A stretch of DNA of 64,000 nt from Rhodothermales bacterium (GTDB taxonomy: Bacteria > Bacteroidota > Rhodothermia > Rhodothermales > Bin80), in NCBI GenBank assembly GCA_022821875.1, contig JAJECV010000070.1, forward strand, positions 18,676 through 82,675, read 5' to 3'. Shown piece by piece: positions 9,198-19,143 of the stretch. The position numbers were made by a program, and so were the translations under genes. The notes below the pieces were generated by a model that searched no databases, was not told the origin of the DNA, and saw only the letters and a program-made list of their open reading frames with translations. The stretch's first letter is position 1; each line of letters opens with the position of its first letter.

Positions 9198-11150
9198 GTG
9201 GTTATTGTGTCCTTTATCACTCCCCTCTTTCTGATTGCAGGACTGACCGCGCTGATCCCGGTCGCGCTGCATCTGGTGCGACAGCTCAAGGCCCGTGAAG
9301 TGCCGTTCAGTACCCATATGTTTCTGGAAGCCACCCCCATTCAGAGGGTCCGTCGGAGACGGCTGCAGGATATCCTGCTGATGCTGCTCCGGGCGGGAAT
9401 TCTGGCCCTGCTGGCACTCCTCTTCGCACGCCCGTTCCTGCCGCCGGAAGACCTGCCCTTTCTCTCGGAAGCCGGGCAGCAGTCCGTGGTGATCCTGCTG
9501 GATGGATCCTACAGCATGCAGTATGACATGCGGTTTGAGGAGGCCGTGGAGCAGGCCCGCATCCATCTGGAAACCGGCCATGAATGGGCGCTGGTCCGCT
9601 TCAGTGACACTGCCGGACAACTAACCCCGCTCAGCCGTGATCCCGCTGTCCATGAAGCCGCACTGGACGCGCAGTCTCCTGACTACCGGACCACCGACCT
9701 GTACCCTGCCCTGCAACTCGGTGCAGAGATCCTTGAGGGGGCCCGGTTCGAAGAGCGCCGGATCGTACTCATCTCCGACTTTCAGCAGTCCGCGTTCCGC
9801 CCGATCCTGGAAAATCTGCAGTTGCCGAATGACATCACAGTTACCCCCGTCAAAATTGGAGACGGCCCCTCAGAGAATCAGTTTTTTCAGGATGTGAAAC
9901 GCACGCAGGAGCGCCGCGGAACGCTGGTTTCCATACAGTTTCATGCCCGGATCCCGGCCGCTGCCCCGGTGACACTCTATATGGATGCCGAAGAAAGGGA
10001 TCAGGTCACCGGGCGTACGCCCGCCTTTCAGCAGCTGACGGAGCGGCCGGGACTCTATCAGGGCGACCTCCGTGTCCGCGACGCGGTACCCGGCTCCGAT
10101 GACCGCTATTACTTCACCTACACGGTCCGTCCACGCCCCGGCATCTTTGCCGCAGATCCGAGTCCGGGGATGCGGAACGCCTTCTTTCTCGAAAGTGCCT
10201 TTGACCAGCAGGATGCCAGCAGGTACAGATTTGATGCAGGGCCCCGCCCCGTCCGGCTGAATACAGTGGATTTGCTCATCGTTACGGCTGCAAACGCGAT
10301 CTCTGCCCGCGACGAGGTGACCATTGAAAACTTTGTCCGCCGTGGCGGGACGCTCCTTCTGGCGTTTGACGAAGGTGCATTGTCCACGGCCCCCCTGCTG
10401 GGGGCAGGCGTGACGGCAGGCGCAGTGCGTGCGCGGGACAGGCAGGGCACCCATGCCATCATTGCGGAGATTGACGAAGAGCATCCCATCTTTGCCTCTC
10501 TGTCACAGCATAGTGCGGGATCGGTCCTGCGTCCCCGGTTCCGACGTTATGTGAAGGTGGTCCCGGACTCCAGTGCAAACGTGCTTGCAACCTTTGACAC
10601 TGGAGATCCCCTCCTGATTGAATCCCCGCTAGGGCAGGGACGTGTGCTTATATTCACCTCCAGCCTCGGCACCCGCTGGAATGACCTCGCCCTGAGCGAG
10701 GTCTATTTGCCGCTGTTGTACGAGATTGCCCGATATGCAGACCCGGAATCGGATACCGACCGGACATTCCATGTGGGAGATGCAGTGGGGTTCCAGGGCC
10801 GGCCGGAAGAGGAAGTCGCCCTCGTAAATCCCGATGGAGATGTATTCAATGTGACACTGGACTCCACGGGAGCGGGCACCTTTCAGGATACAGACCTGCC
10901 CGGTCACTACGATGCCAGACTGAATGGGGACCGGCAGCCATTCTCTGTAAATATCAGCCCTCTGGAAAGCGACCTGTCTGCCCGGGATCTTGAAGAGGTG
11001 TATGCGGCGCTGGCCACCCGGTCCACCGAACCGGTGCTTACGCCAGCGCCGCCGGAGGCCGCCGAGCAAGAACAAAAACTCTGGAAGATTGTGCTATTGA
11101 TTATGACTGGACTATTCGCACTTGAAACCATACTCGCCTCACGGCGATAA
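9198..11150 (+). CDS. BatA-like membrane protein (N-terminal double-TM domain plus vWA-like domain)
   Basis: The N-terminus 'FITPLFLIAGLTALIPVALHL' resembles the aerotolerance BatA N-terminal domain. It has a MIDAS-like 'VVILLDGSYSM' and 'IVLISDF', and a C-terminal TM helix. Confidence 0.65.
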   Translation: MVIVSFITPLFLIAGLTALIPVALHLVRQLKAREVPFSTHMFLEATPIQRVRRRRLQDILLMLLRAGILALLALLFARPFLPPEDLPFLSEAGQQSVVILLDGSYSMQYDMRFEEAVEQARIHLETGHEWALVRFSDTAGQLTPLSRDPAVHEAALDAQSPDYRTTDLYPALQLGAEILEGARFEERRIVLISDFQQSAFRPILENLQLPNDITVTPVKIGDGPSENQFFQDVKRTQERRGTLVSIQFHARIPAAAPVTLYMDAEERDQVTGRTPAFQQLTERPGLYQGDLRVRDAVPGSDDRYYFTYTVRPRPGIFAADPSPGMRNAFFLESAFDQQDASRYRFDAGPRPVRLNTVDLLIVTAANAISARDEVTIENFVRRGGTLLLAFDEGALSTAPLLGAGVTAGAVRARDRQGTHAIIAEIDEEHPIFASLSQHSAGSVLRPRFRRYVKVVPDSSANVLATFDTGDPLLIESPLGQGRVLIFTSSLGTRWNDLALSEVYLPLLYEIARYADPESDTDRTFHVGDAVGFQGRPEEEVALVNPDGDVFNVTLDSTGAGTFQDTDLPGHYDARLNGDRQPFSVNISPLESDLSARDLEEVYAALATRSTEPVLTPAPPEAAEQEQKLWKIVLLIMTGLFALETILASRR

Positions 11151-11154
11151 CCTA

Positions 11155-14100
11155 ATGGCTTACGATGACCGTTCCGTTCGCACCCTGATCCGGGATGTGC
11201 GCAGGCAGTTCACGCTGCGTGCACGCCGGCAGCACCTTGCCGTCTGTGCTGCTGCGGTCTGTGTGCTTCTTTTTACTCTCGTATGGGTTCATCCATACCT
11301 CACTGCGGTTCTGTTCCGGAGTGCACTGGCACTGGCGGTCGGCCTTCCGGCAGTACTTTTCTGGTACCTGCACCGGCAGTCGCAGCAGTTCACCGATGAG
11401 CAGGTTGCGCTCTTCATTGAAGAGCATCATCCCGACCTTGAAGATCGCCTGAACAGTGCCGTCCAGGCTCCGGGCACGGCGGATCCGAACGTTATAAGGG
11501 CCCTTCTTCGAGATGCGACGCATCAGGTGAGCAGAATGTCCCCCCGCTCCATGATCGGGCGACTCCGTGCACGGCTGTGGATTGCCGCCTCTCTGGCGGT
11601 TGCCTGCATCTGCCTGGTCGGAGGACTCACGCAGCTTGACCGGCTGCAGCTGGATACCCCTCCGGAACTGCGTCTTCGCACCCCCTATCTCGCTGTCTCG
11701 CCAGGTAACATTGAGGTTGATCAGGGAGATACCGTCCCCGTCATCGCAACCCTGCGATCCGAGGGGCGTGAGGATGTACTCCTTGTGCATCAGGACCCGG
11801 CCGGGGAATGGGTACGCCAGCCGATGATCCCGGGCAATGATCCCGGTGCACACCTCGCCGAACTTGCAGACGTTCAGCAGGATCTGCAGTACTATGTAGA
11901 GTCTGGACGTTATCGTACCGATCCGTTTACGGTTTCCGTCTACCTCTTCCCGGAAGTCGTGCAGATTGACGCAACCTATGAGTCTCCGGACTATGCAGAC
12001 CTCCCGGTACGAACCCGGGAGGATGAGGGGGATATTGAGGGATTGAAAGGGTCCCGTGTGACCGTGACCGTGCACACAAACCAGGTGACGGAGACGGCTG
12101 CCCTGTCCCTTGAGAATGGGGCGGACATCCCGCTCTCAAGAGTGGAACCGGGAAAATTCCGGGGCAGACTTGACCTGCAGGACGAAGACCGCTACACGGT
12201 GCAGCTTGCCGATGACCGGGCACGCGCGAACCGTTTTCCCCGGACTTATCTGATTACCCCGATTGAAGATGCCCGCCCGCAGATCGCACTCCGGGAGCCG
12301 GGGCGTGACCTGCGTGCCAATGCCATTCAGGAAGTCCTGATTGCGGCCGATGCCAGCGACGACTACGGGATCCGCTCTCTGGCCCTGAACTACTCTGTCA
12401 ATGGGGAAAAGGAGGTCCGCATTGATCTGCTTGGGGGTGCCGGCGGCCCCGAGGTGATGGGCGAGCACCTCCTGTTTCTGGAAGACTACACACTGGAATC
12501 CGGAGATGTGATCACCTACTACATTGAGGCCGCCGATGCGCTGCATACGGAGGCCTCCGACATGTACTTCATCGAGATCATCCCGTTTGAGCAGCAGTTC
12601 ACACAACTGGCCAATGCGGGTGGAGGCCAGGGAGGCATGCAACAGCGACAGGGAGGGCTTGTGGTCAGTCAGCAGGATATTATTGCGGCAACCTGGCGGC
12701 TTCTGCGGGAGCCGCCGCCCGACTTTGAGGAAGCGCTGGAAGCACTCATTCAGGCGCAGCGCAATCTCCAGACCAATATTCAGGAGCGTTTACGTACGAC
12801 TGCTTTTTCGCTGGAGCTGCGCGGCAATCTGGAACAGCAGAAGGTCGCCGGACACCTTCAGTCTGCGGTCACGGAGATGGACGGGGTCATCCGGGAACTG
12901 TCCGCAGAGCGCCTCCGTGAAGCGCTGACCCCGGAGCGCCGGGCATACCATCAGCTGCTCCGGGCAGATGCCCTGAATACCGAGCGGCAGGTGGCACGGC
13001 AACAGCAGGGCGGAGGCGGGGGAACCAATGCAACCGAAGAGCGGATGTCCGAACTGATGGATCTGGAACTGGACATCACCCGAGACAAGTATGAATCGCC
13101 ACAGTCGGCACCGGCGGCAACGGCAAGTGCCGAACAGAATGATGCCCTGCGGCGTGTGCGGGATTTGGCCGAGCGGCAGCAGGAGCTGGCCCGGCAGCGT
13201 CCCCCTGAAACCGAAGAAGACCGGCGGCGCTTTGTGAACCGGCTGCAACGCAATCAGGAAGAATTGCAGGAGTCGCTGGAAAGCCTGCGGCAACAGCAGT
13301 CAGGCCGGCGTGCACAGGATGACGTGAATCAGGCGCTGCGAAGCATGGAGGAAGCGCAGCGTGCACTCCGAAGAGGAGATGCCGAAGAAGCAGCCACACG
13401 GCAGCAGCAGGCCGCCAACTCCCTGCAATCTTTAGAAGAATCTCTGCGGGTCCAGACCCGCGGAACAGACCGGCGTGCGCTTCAACAGCTCAGTGATGAC
13501 CTGCGCACATTCATTGAACGTGAACAGGCGCTGCATGAAGATGTGGCCGAAGCCGGAGACCGCCCCACTGCGGAGGAACTGGATCAACTGCTCGACCGCC
13601 GCACGGAGGCCCTGGAAAATCTTGAAGAGATTCTGGAGCAGACCGGGATGCTTGAATCCTCCAACTCGGAAGCGCAGCTGGCGGCCCGCAACCTGCGGCA
13701 GGAATTTCATCGCAGTGCACTGCCGGAAGACCTGCAAAACTCCGAGCAGGCGCTGCGGAACGGCTGGATGCCAACGGCGCGGCGTATTCAGGAGGAGATT
13801 GCGGAGGATCTGGAAGGCCTGAACGCCATTCAGCGTGAATTGAGCGCGTCCCTGCCCATGACCGAAGAAGAAACCCTGCGCCGCTCTCTTGAAGACCTGG
13901 AACAGCTTCGCAGCGAATTGCAGGACATTGAGGCGCAGGCGGAACGCCTGCGCGAAGGCGGCGGATCCCCCGCCCAGACGGCACGGCTGGAGCGCCAGAT
14001 GAACCGGGCACGGGAGGCCGCGCGTACGCTGCAGGAAGGCTTGCGTGACGGCCAACACGCCACACCGGGAATCCGGAACTCCCTCACACGCGCAGATCAT

Positions 14101-14316
14101 ACCGGCGTACTTCTGGACGGGGAGTCGGCAGAAGCATTCTTTGACCGCGACATTTACGCACCGCTTTCCCAACTCGAAACTCAGCTCCTGGAAGCCCTGG
14201 AAACCATGAAACTGGAATCCAAACTGTACGGCAGCCGCCGCGGAGAGGCACCTGCCGAGTACGAGGGGCTGATCGAAAGATACTATGAAGCACTCTCCAG
14301 GCGATCCGGTCAATAG
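11155..14316 (+). CDS. Large membrane-anchored Q/E/R-rich coiled-coil protein (DUF4175-like)
   Basis: Three N-terminal TM helices, a beta-rich middle and a long low-complexity helical tail (QQ..RR..EE). ATG 11155 is preferred over TTG 11122, which overlaps the upstream gene. The family name is tentative. Confidence 0.45.
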   Translation: MAYDDRSVRTLIRDVRRQFTLRARRQHLAVCAAAVCVLLFTLVWVHPYLTAVLFRSALALAVGLPAVLFWYLHRQSQQFTDEQVALFIEEHHPDLEDRLNSAVQAPGTADPNVIRALLRDATHQVSRMSPRSMIGRLRARLWIAASLAVACICLVGGLTQLDRLQLDTPPELRLRTPYLAVSPGNIEVDQGDTVPVIATLRSEGREDVLLVHQDPAGEWVRQPMIPGNDPGAHLAELADVQQDLQYYVESGRYRTDPFTVSVYLFPEVVQIDATYESPDYADLPVRTREDEGDIEGLKGSRVTVTVHTNQVTETAALSLENGADIPLSRVEPGKFRGRLDLQDEDRYTVQLADDRARANRFPRTYLITPIEDARPQIALREPGRDLRANAIQEVLIAADASDDYGIRSLALNYSVNGEKEVRIDLLGGAGGPEVMGEHLLFLEDYTLESGDVITYYIEAADALHTEASDMYFIEIIPFEQQFTQLANAGGGQGGMQQRQGGLVVSQQDIIAATWRLLREPPPDFEEALEALIQAQRNLQTNIQERLRTTAFSLELRGNLEQQKVAGHLQSAVTEMDGVIRELSAERLREALTPERRAYHQLLRADALNTERQVARQQQGGGGGTNATEERMSELMDLELDITRDKYESPQSAPAATASAEQNDALRRVRDLAERQQELARQRPPETEEDRRRFVNRLQRNQEELQESLESLRQQQSGRRAQDDVNQALRSMEEAQRALRRGDAEEAATRQQQAANSLQSLEESLRVQTRGTDRRALQQLSDDLRTFIEREQALHEDVAEAGDRPTAEELDQLLDRRTEALENLEEILEQTGMLESSNSEAQLAARNLRQEFHRSALPEDLQNSEQALRNGWMPTARRIQEEIAEDLEGLNAIQRELSASLPMTEEETLRRSLEDLEQLRSELQDIEAQAERLREGGGSPAQTARLERQMNRAREAARTLQEGLRDGQHATPGIRNSLTRADHTGVLLDGESAEAFFDRDIYAPLSQLETQLLEALETMKLESKLYGSRRGEAPAEYEGLIERYYEALSRRSGQ

Positions 14317-14321
14317 GGGGT

Positions 14322-16577
14322 ATGTTCAAGTTTGATGCAATTCAGTTTGCAGAGGGGGCGGTAAGCCTGCACCTGAATGCACTGGCAGTGCTGGTGCTGA
14401 TCGCCGTGCTGATCATTCTGGTGCTTGCGTTCCAGCGCAGCAAGGCCCCCCTGCATGTGCGGGGAACCAGCCTTGCACTGCGATTCCTCGCTGCGCTGCT
14501 GTTGATTTTTCCACTCTTTGAACCTCAATTAATTGTGCCCGAAGTAGTCCCTGACGAAAATTTTATTGCGGTCATGGTGGATGCTTCGGACAGTATGCTG
14601 CTTCCAGATGGCCCAGAGGGGCAGACCCGGCTCAATCAGACCCAGCAAATCCTTTATCATCCCCAGTCAGGGATACTCTCCGATATCAAGGATCTCTTCA
14701 AGGTCAGACTTTATACGTTCGCATCCGCGGTTGCACGTGTGGACAGTATCCACCAAGCGGTACCTGCACACGAAACCAACCTTGCCGCGGCATTGGACCG
14801 GGTGCGCATTGATTTTCGGGGGCTTCCCCTGACGGCAGTCGTCATCCTGACGGATGGTAATACAACCAGCCGTCTGGAGGCGCTGGAGCAGGCGCGTGCT
14901 CTTCGTGATCAGGGCATCGGGGTTCATGTACTGGGGATGGGGAGTGCGGCGTTTACGACCGAGCGGGAACTGCTGGAGGTCATTACACACAAGGGGCTGG
15001 GGGAGCAGGCCGGGGCAGAGCTTGAGGTAAAGATCCGCAGCGCCTCTCTGGAACCTGATCCGGCACGGATCACGGTTTATGACGCGGGTGTGGAGGTATT
15101 TTCTGAGTCGGTGCGGCTGAAGGGGAAGGGACTGGTGGATCAGATGGAGTTCTTTTTTGATCCTCCAAGCAGCGGTGCCCGGGAATACCGGATGACCCTT
15201 GAACCTGCGGCTGGCGAACTCAACATCCTCAACAACTCCCTCCCTCTTTTAGTGGATACCCGTACCGACACGCTGCGTGTGCTGTATTTTGAGGGGCATT
15301 TACGTCAGGATTATAAGTTTATTAAACGTGCTCTGGAATCCGATCAAGTGATCCACTTTGCCGCAATTACGCGTACGGGAACCGGCAAATACTACCGTCA
15401 GGGGATCCGGTCACCTGACGAGTTAACGGGCGGCTTTCCGACCGAAGCAGAGGTCCTCTATGGCTTTGATGCGATCCTTCTGGGTGATGTGGAGGCCTCG
15501 GCGTTCTCTCTGCGCCAGTTACAGCTCATGGAATCTTTTGTGCGTGTCCGGGGCGGCGGGTTCGTGATGCTGGGAGGGCGCAATGCATTCGCAGAGAGCG
15601 ACTATGCCGGTACCCCGGTTGCAGATATGCTGCCGGTGCGACTGGACTTTACCCGTGCACAGATTCTCCCGATCCAGTTTGAAAATAATGAAGAGGACGA
15701 ACGCGGCTATGTCTTTGCACCGACTCCGGAGGGTCTGGAGCATCCGTTCATGAAACTCTCCCCGGATGTGTCCCTGAATCAGATGCTTTGGCGTGGCATG
15801 CCCCGGCTCACCAGTATCAATCTGTTGGGCGGCATCAAGCCCGGTGCCCAGGTGCTGGCCGTCAAACCACAGGATGAGTACGGACCCGAGGAACCGGTTC
15901 TTGTGATCCAGCGGTACGGGAAGGGGCGAACTGCGGCACTGGCAACCAGCAGCACCTGGCGCTGGCAGATGCTGCTGGAGGCAGACGATGCGCGTCATGA
16001 GCGGTTCTGGCAGCAATTCGCACGCTGGCTGGCCGCAAGTGCACCGGGAAGAGTTGACCTGGAGACTTCCACCCCCCGGCTTTCCCCCGGTGAAGTACAT
16101 GAACTCGGCGTACGTGTCTACGATGCGGCCTACCTGCCGCTGAACGGCGTGAATGTGCGTGCCGCGGTCCGCACCCCGGACGGCACCCTGCAATCACTCA
16201 CAGCCCGTCAAAAACTGTCCGATGCGGGTGCCTTCCAGGTCCGCTTTACACCGGAGCAGGAAGGAGTCTACGAGATCATGGTTGAAGCCATGCAGGGGGA
16301 CCAGATGATCGGGCGTGATCACCGGAGTTATCTGACCGGTCACCAGCCCGTTGAGTATTATGATGCAACCCTGAAGCAGGGGTTTCTGGAGCAATTGGCG
16401 ACCATGTACTACGCGCCCGCCGATGCATCCGAGGTCCCCATGAATCTGCGGTCTCGTCGAACCAGCACCTCGATCTATCAGGCGGCTTATCTGTGGGATA
16501 TGCCGTTTCTTTTTCTTCTATCTGTACTTCTCTTATCTGGAGAATGGCTTTACCGAAGGCGACAGGGATTACGTTAG
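14322..16577 (+). CDS. Membrane protein with vWA domain (BatB-like) and large C-terminal domain
   Basis: N-terminal TM helices, MIDAS 'FIAVMVDASDSM', 'AVVILTDGNTT', and a C-terminal TM anchor (MPFLFLLSVLLLSGEWLY). Confidence 0.55.
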   Translation: MFKFDAIQFAEGAVSLHLNALAVLVLIAVLIILVLAFQRSKAPLHVRGTSLALRFLAALLLIFPLFEPQLIVPEVVPDENFIAVMVDASDSMLLPDGPEGQTRLNQTQQILYHPQSGILSDIKDLFKVRLYTFASAVARVDSIHQAVPAHETNLAAALDRVRIDFRGLPLTAVVILTDGNTTSRLEALEQARALRDQGIGVHVLGMGSAAFTTERELLEVITHKGLGEQAGAELEVKIRSASLEPDPARITVYDAGVEVFSESVRLKGKGLVDQMEFFFDPPSSGAREYRMTLEPAAGELNILNNSLPLLVDTRTDTLRVLYFEGHLRQDYKFIKRALESDQVIHFAAITRTGTGKYYRQGIRSPDELTGGFPTEAEVLYGFDAILLGDVEASAFSLRQLQLMESFVRVRGGGFVMLGGRNAFAESDYAGTPVADMLPVRLDFTRAQILPIQFENNEEDERGYVFAPTPEGLEHPFMKLSPDVSLNQMLWRGMPRLTSINLLGGIKPGAQVLAVKPQDEYGPEEPVLVIQRYGKGRTAALATSSTWRWQMLLEADDARHERFWQQFARWLAASAPGRVDLETSTPRLSPGEVHELGVRVYDAAYLPLNGVNVRAAVRTPDGTLQSLTARQKLSDAGAFQVRFTPEQEGVYEIMVEAMQGDQMIGRDHRSYLTGHQPVEYYDATLKQGFLEQLATMYYAPADASEVPMNLRSRRTSTSIYQAAYLWDMPFLFLLSVLLLSGEWLYRRRQGLR

Positions 16578-17521
16578 GCGTGATCCTGATCTTCATGGTC
16601 AGCGGTGCAAGTGCTCAACAGCGGCACGCACTGGTGATTGGCGGGTTAGGGGGCGACCCGGAGCAGACCGGCCGGATCGCCGCCCATCTGGAGAATACGT
16701 ACAATGCTCTGACCGGCCCGCTGGGATTTGAGCAGGGGCATGTGACGGTGCTGGCCGAGCGCGCCCTTGCCGGAAGCGAGTACGTTCACGGTGAATCGAC
16801 CGCCGAAAATATCCGTGCACAATTCGCTGCACTCGGCGAGGATCTGACCCCCGAAGATGAACTCTATATTCTGCTGTTCGGTCACGGGAGTTATGACGGC
16901 GAGCAGTCCGCGCTGAATATCCCCCGGCGGGATCTGGTCGGGAGTGACTATGCTGCGCTGCTGCGTGATCTGCGAGTGGAGCGAAGCATTTGGATTTGCA
17001 CCATGAGCGCCAGCGGCCCCTTTATTCAGGCCCTCAGCGCACCTGGCAGAATTGTGATCACCGCCACCCGGACCGGGACGCAGCGCAATCAGACGATCTT
17101 CCCGGATTATCTGATGGAAGCGCTCATTGCGCCGGCCGCAGATCTTGATCGTGATGGAAGCCTGTCCGTCCGGGAAGTCTTTCAGTATACCGCACAGCAG
17201 ACCGCACGGCATTATGAGCAGCAGGGGCATCTGGCCACCGAACACAGCCTGCTTGATGACAATGGAGACGGGCAGGGATCCCGCGTAGAGATGCTTGACG
17301 AATCTCTGGACGGATTTGCGGCGGCAGCCGTGTGGCTCAAACGGAGTCAAATGCTCGCAGGCAATCCCACGCTGGCCAGCGAACGTACCGAGCTCGAAAG
17401 CCAGATTGCGCTGCTCAAAGCACGTAAGGCAGGGCTGGAGGTGAACGCATATTATGCCGAACTGGAACTGCTTCTGGTCGCTTTGGCACGGCTCAACGAA
17501 CGTATTGAAGAGGAGTTGTGA
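16544..17521 (+). CDS. Secreted protein with caspase/legumain (C13)-like His...Cys pattern
   Basis: Signal peptide MALPKATGITLGVILIFMVSGASAQ, 'YILLFGHGS' and 'IWICTMSASG' spaced like a caspase-fold dyad, and a coiled-coil C-terminus. The start at ATG 16544 overlaps the upstream gene by 34 nt. Confidence 0.35.
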   Translation: MALPKATGITLGVILIFMVSGASAQQRHALVIGGLGGDPEQTGRIAAHLENTYNALTGPLGFEQGHVTVLAERALAGSEYVHGESTAENIRAQFAALGEDLTPEDELYILLFGHGSYDGEQSALNIPRRDLVGSDYAALLRDLRVERSIWICTMSASGPFIQALSAPGRIVITATRTGTQRNQTIFPDYLMEALIAPAADLDRDGSLSVREVFQYTAQQTARHYEQQGHLATEHSLLDDNGDGQGSRVEMLDESLDGFAAAAVWLKRSQMLAGNPTLASERTELESQIALLKARKAGLEVNAYYAELELLLVALARLNERIEEEL

Positions 17522-17819
17522 ATTGGCCTGATGAGAGATAAAAACATCCCTTTCGTCCTGATAAAGATTTTCGCGGTGCCTCCCCCGCATGACGAGTTCG
17601 GTAAGTGTTGATTTAGCGGCATCCAAATCCTGCCTTGCCCGGCGGAATAAACCCATCGCAACGTTCATCCCCTGACGCAGTACCACTGGACGATCAGGGT
17701 GCGTTTCAAAAACAGGAGGGAGATTTATTCTTTGCCGGCCCCTTCATGTTGTCTGCCTGACGCGGGCTTACAGGATATTGGAGTACTCATCAACTGCCGT
17801 TCCCATGTTTCTATACACC

Positions 17820-18989
17820 ATGAAAAATCTGATTCAAAATAATCATCTCCGTATGTACCCGGGTCTTTTCTGCGTACTCTTTCTGTTCGGGTGTGCGCGT
17901 GATACGGGATCCACCCGGGAAGAAGGCAAAACCTCAACAATTAGCCTGGAGGAAGTCCTTCGGATCGGCGATGAGGCAGCTGGAGATACGATCCTGTTTC
18001 GAACGATTGACCAGATTGCGGTCAATCGCAGTGGGGATCTGCTTGTGGCGGAAGGGACGCGATCCCCGCTGGTTCATGCATTTGATGCAAGTGGTTCGTA
18101 CCTGCGCCAGATCGGAGCACAGGGAGAAGGGCCGGGAGAATGGCAATACGGGATTGACGGCCCCGTCGTCGGGAAGGCAGATTCTGTATATCTGATGAAC
18201 CTGTACCCGAGGCAAATCTTTGTTTATGATCCCGTTGATTTTTCCTTCGTGCGCAGTATTGCTCTGGTGGCCGAGGGAGAAAACCAGTTCGGCTTCCTGA
18301 TTGGCACGGTTACGGGTGGATGGTATGTGACCTACGGACTTCCCGCAATCCTGGATTCCGAGGATGGTTCGATCATGGTCAACGAGGATCAATATTCGGA
18401 ACTGATCAAGATCAACCGGGACGGAAGTTACCGCACAGATCCACTTGGCAGGATTCCAGCAATGGAGATGATCTATCACATTTACCCTGAAGGAGGCGGC
18501 TTCGCCTTTCTCGATGTGCCCTTCGCGAGATCAGGAGGCTACCGCGTCGGTCCCGACGATTTGCTTTACCACGGCTGGAGTGAAAACATTGAAATCGCCA
18601 TCGTATCCGCTGACGGATCCGTGCGTGACACCATTCGCTATGCGCATGACCCGGTCCCTATTACAGACTTAGAAATGGCCGAGGCTTCAAAGATGGAGAA
18701 TGAGTTTTTTCAGCAAATCATGGATGATCACCATGAACCCCACGAGACGAAGCCGGGATTACAGACCTTTGTGGTGGATGAGAAGAGCCGCGTGTGGGTG
18801 AAGTTGAGTCAACCTGAAGGTGCAACCGAGGCCGAATGGCTGATTCTGAACCGGCAATCCCAGGCAGTTGCCCGTGCCACCCTGCCTGCAACCGTGGATC
18901 TGCAGGTGATTCAGGGCGGTTACGCCTACGGTGTGCAGCAAGGCGGCAGTGATGATCCAATGGTCGTGATTTACGAGATCCAGGAGTGA
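17820..18989 (+). CDS. Beta-propeller (6-bladed/NHL-like) lipoprotein, paralog 1
   Basis: It has a lipobox-like 'LFLFGC' and a 'GAQGEGPGEWQY' motif. It aligns along its full length with the 24687..25838 product (e.g. ETKPGLQTFVVDEKSRVWVKL / ETKPAFQTFVVDEMGRVWIKL). Confidence 0.6.
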   Translation: MKNLIQNNHLRMYPGLFCVLFLFGCARDTGSTREEGKTSTISLEEVLRIGDEAAGDTILFRTIDQIAVNRSGDLLVAEGTRSPLVHAFDASGSYLRQIGAQGEGPGEWQYGIDGPVVGKADSVYLMNLYPRQIFVYDPVDFSFVRSIALVAEGENQFGFLIGTVTGGWYVTYGLPAILDSEDGSIMVNEDQYSELIKINRDGSYRTDPLGRIPAMEMIYHIYPEGGGFAFLDVPFARSGGYRVGPDDLLYHGWSENIEIAIVSADGSVRDTIRYAHDPVPITDLEMAEASKMENEFFQQIMDDHHEPHETKPGLQTFVVDEKSRVWVKLSQPEGATEAEWLILNRQSQAVARATLPATVDLQVIQGGYAYGVQQGGSDDPMVVIYEIQE

Positions 18990-19055
18990 TCCGGGCACAT
19001 GGCGCAGGGGAAGCGTACATTGATCCTTGTTGTGCCGGGGGCGTGCTCCTGAACA

Positions 19056-19075
19056 GGCAGGCCAGCTGGCCTGCC
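19056..19075 (+). terminator. 20-bp perfect palindrome downstream of paralog 1 (possible terminator hairpin)
   Basis: GGCAGGCCAGCTGGCCTGCC lies 67 nt after the stop at 18989. No U-tract follows, so its function is uncertain. Confidence 0.25.
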
Positions 19076-19143
19076 CCGTACCTGAAATTGTACCACGAAG
19101 AAACTCCCGACGGATTCGCGGTGTTCAGTCTGAATTCCCATGT

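Noticed and set aside
7356-16596. Many long antisense or alternative-frame ORFs (e.g. 8070..9161, 11152..12075, 13432..14313, 15519..16193, 9870..10484)
   Set aside because: All overlap the co-directional Bat-like genes, which have recognisable motifs. Their translations are compositionally biased (R/G/P/A-rich) with no motifs. They are shadow ORFs of GC-rich coding sequence.
16646-17686. 346-aa minus-strand ORF covering the whole 16544..17521 gene
   Set aside because: It is antisense to a plus-strand product with a clear signal peptide and sensible domain pattern. Its own translation is Arg/Gly/Pro-rich and low in complexity, typical of shadow ORFs in GC-rich DNA. Only its first ~55 codons (17522-17686) lie outside the plus-strand gene, and they carry no convincing motif.
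18990-19143. Target-site duplication for the candidate IS
   Set aside because: Sequences flanking the proposed ends (..CCCATGT | and | GTCTGGAG..) do not match, so the IS boundaries remain tentative.
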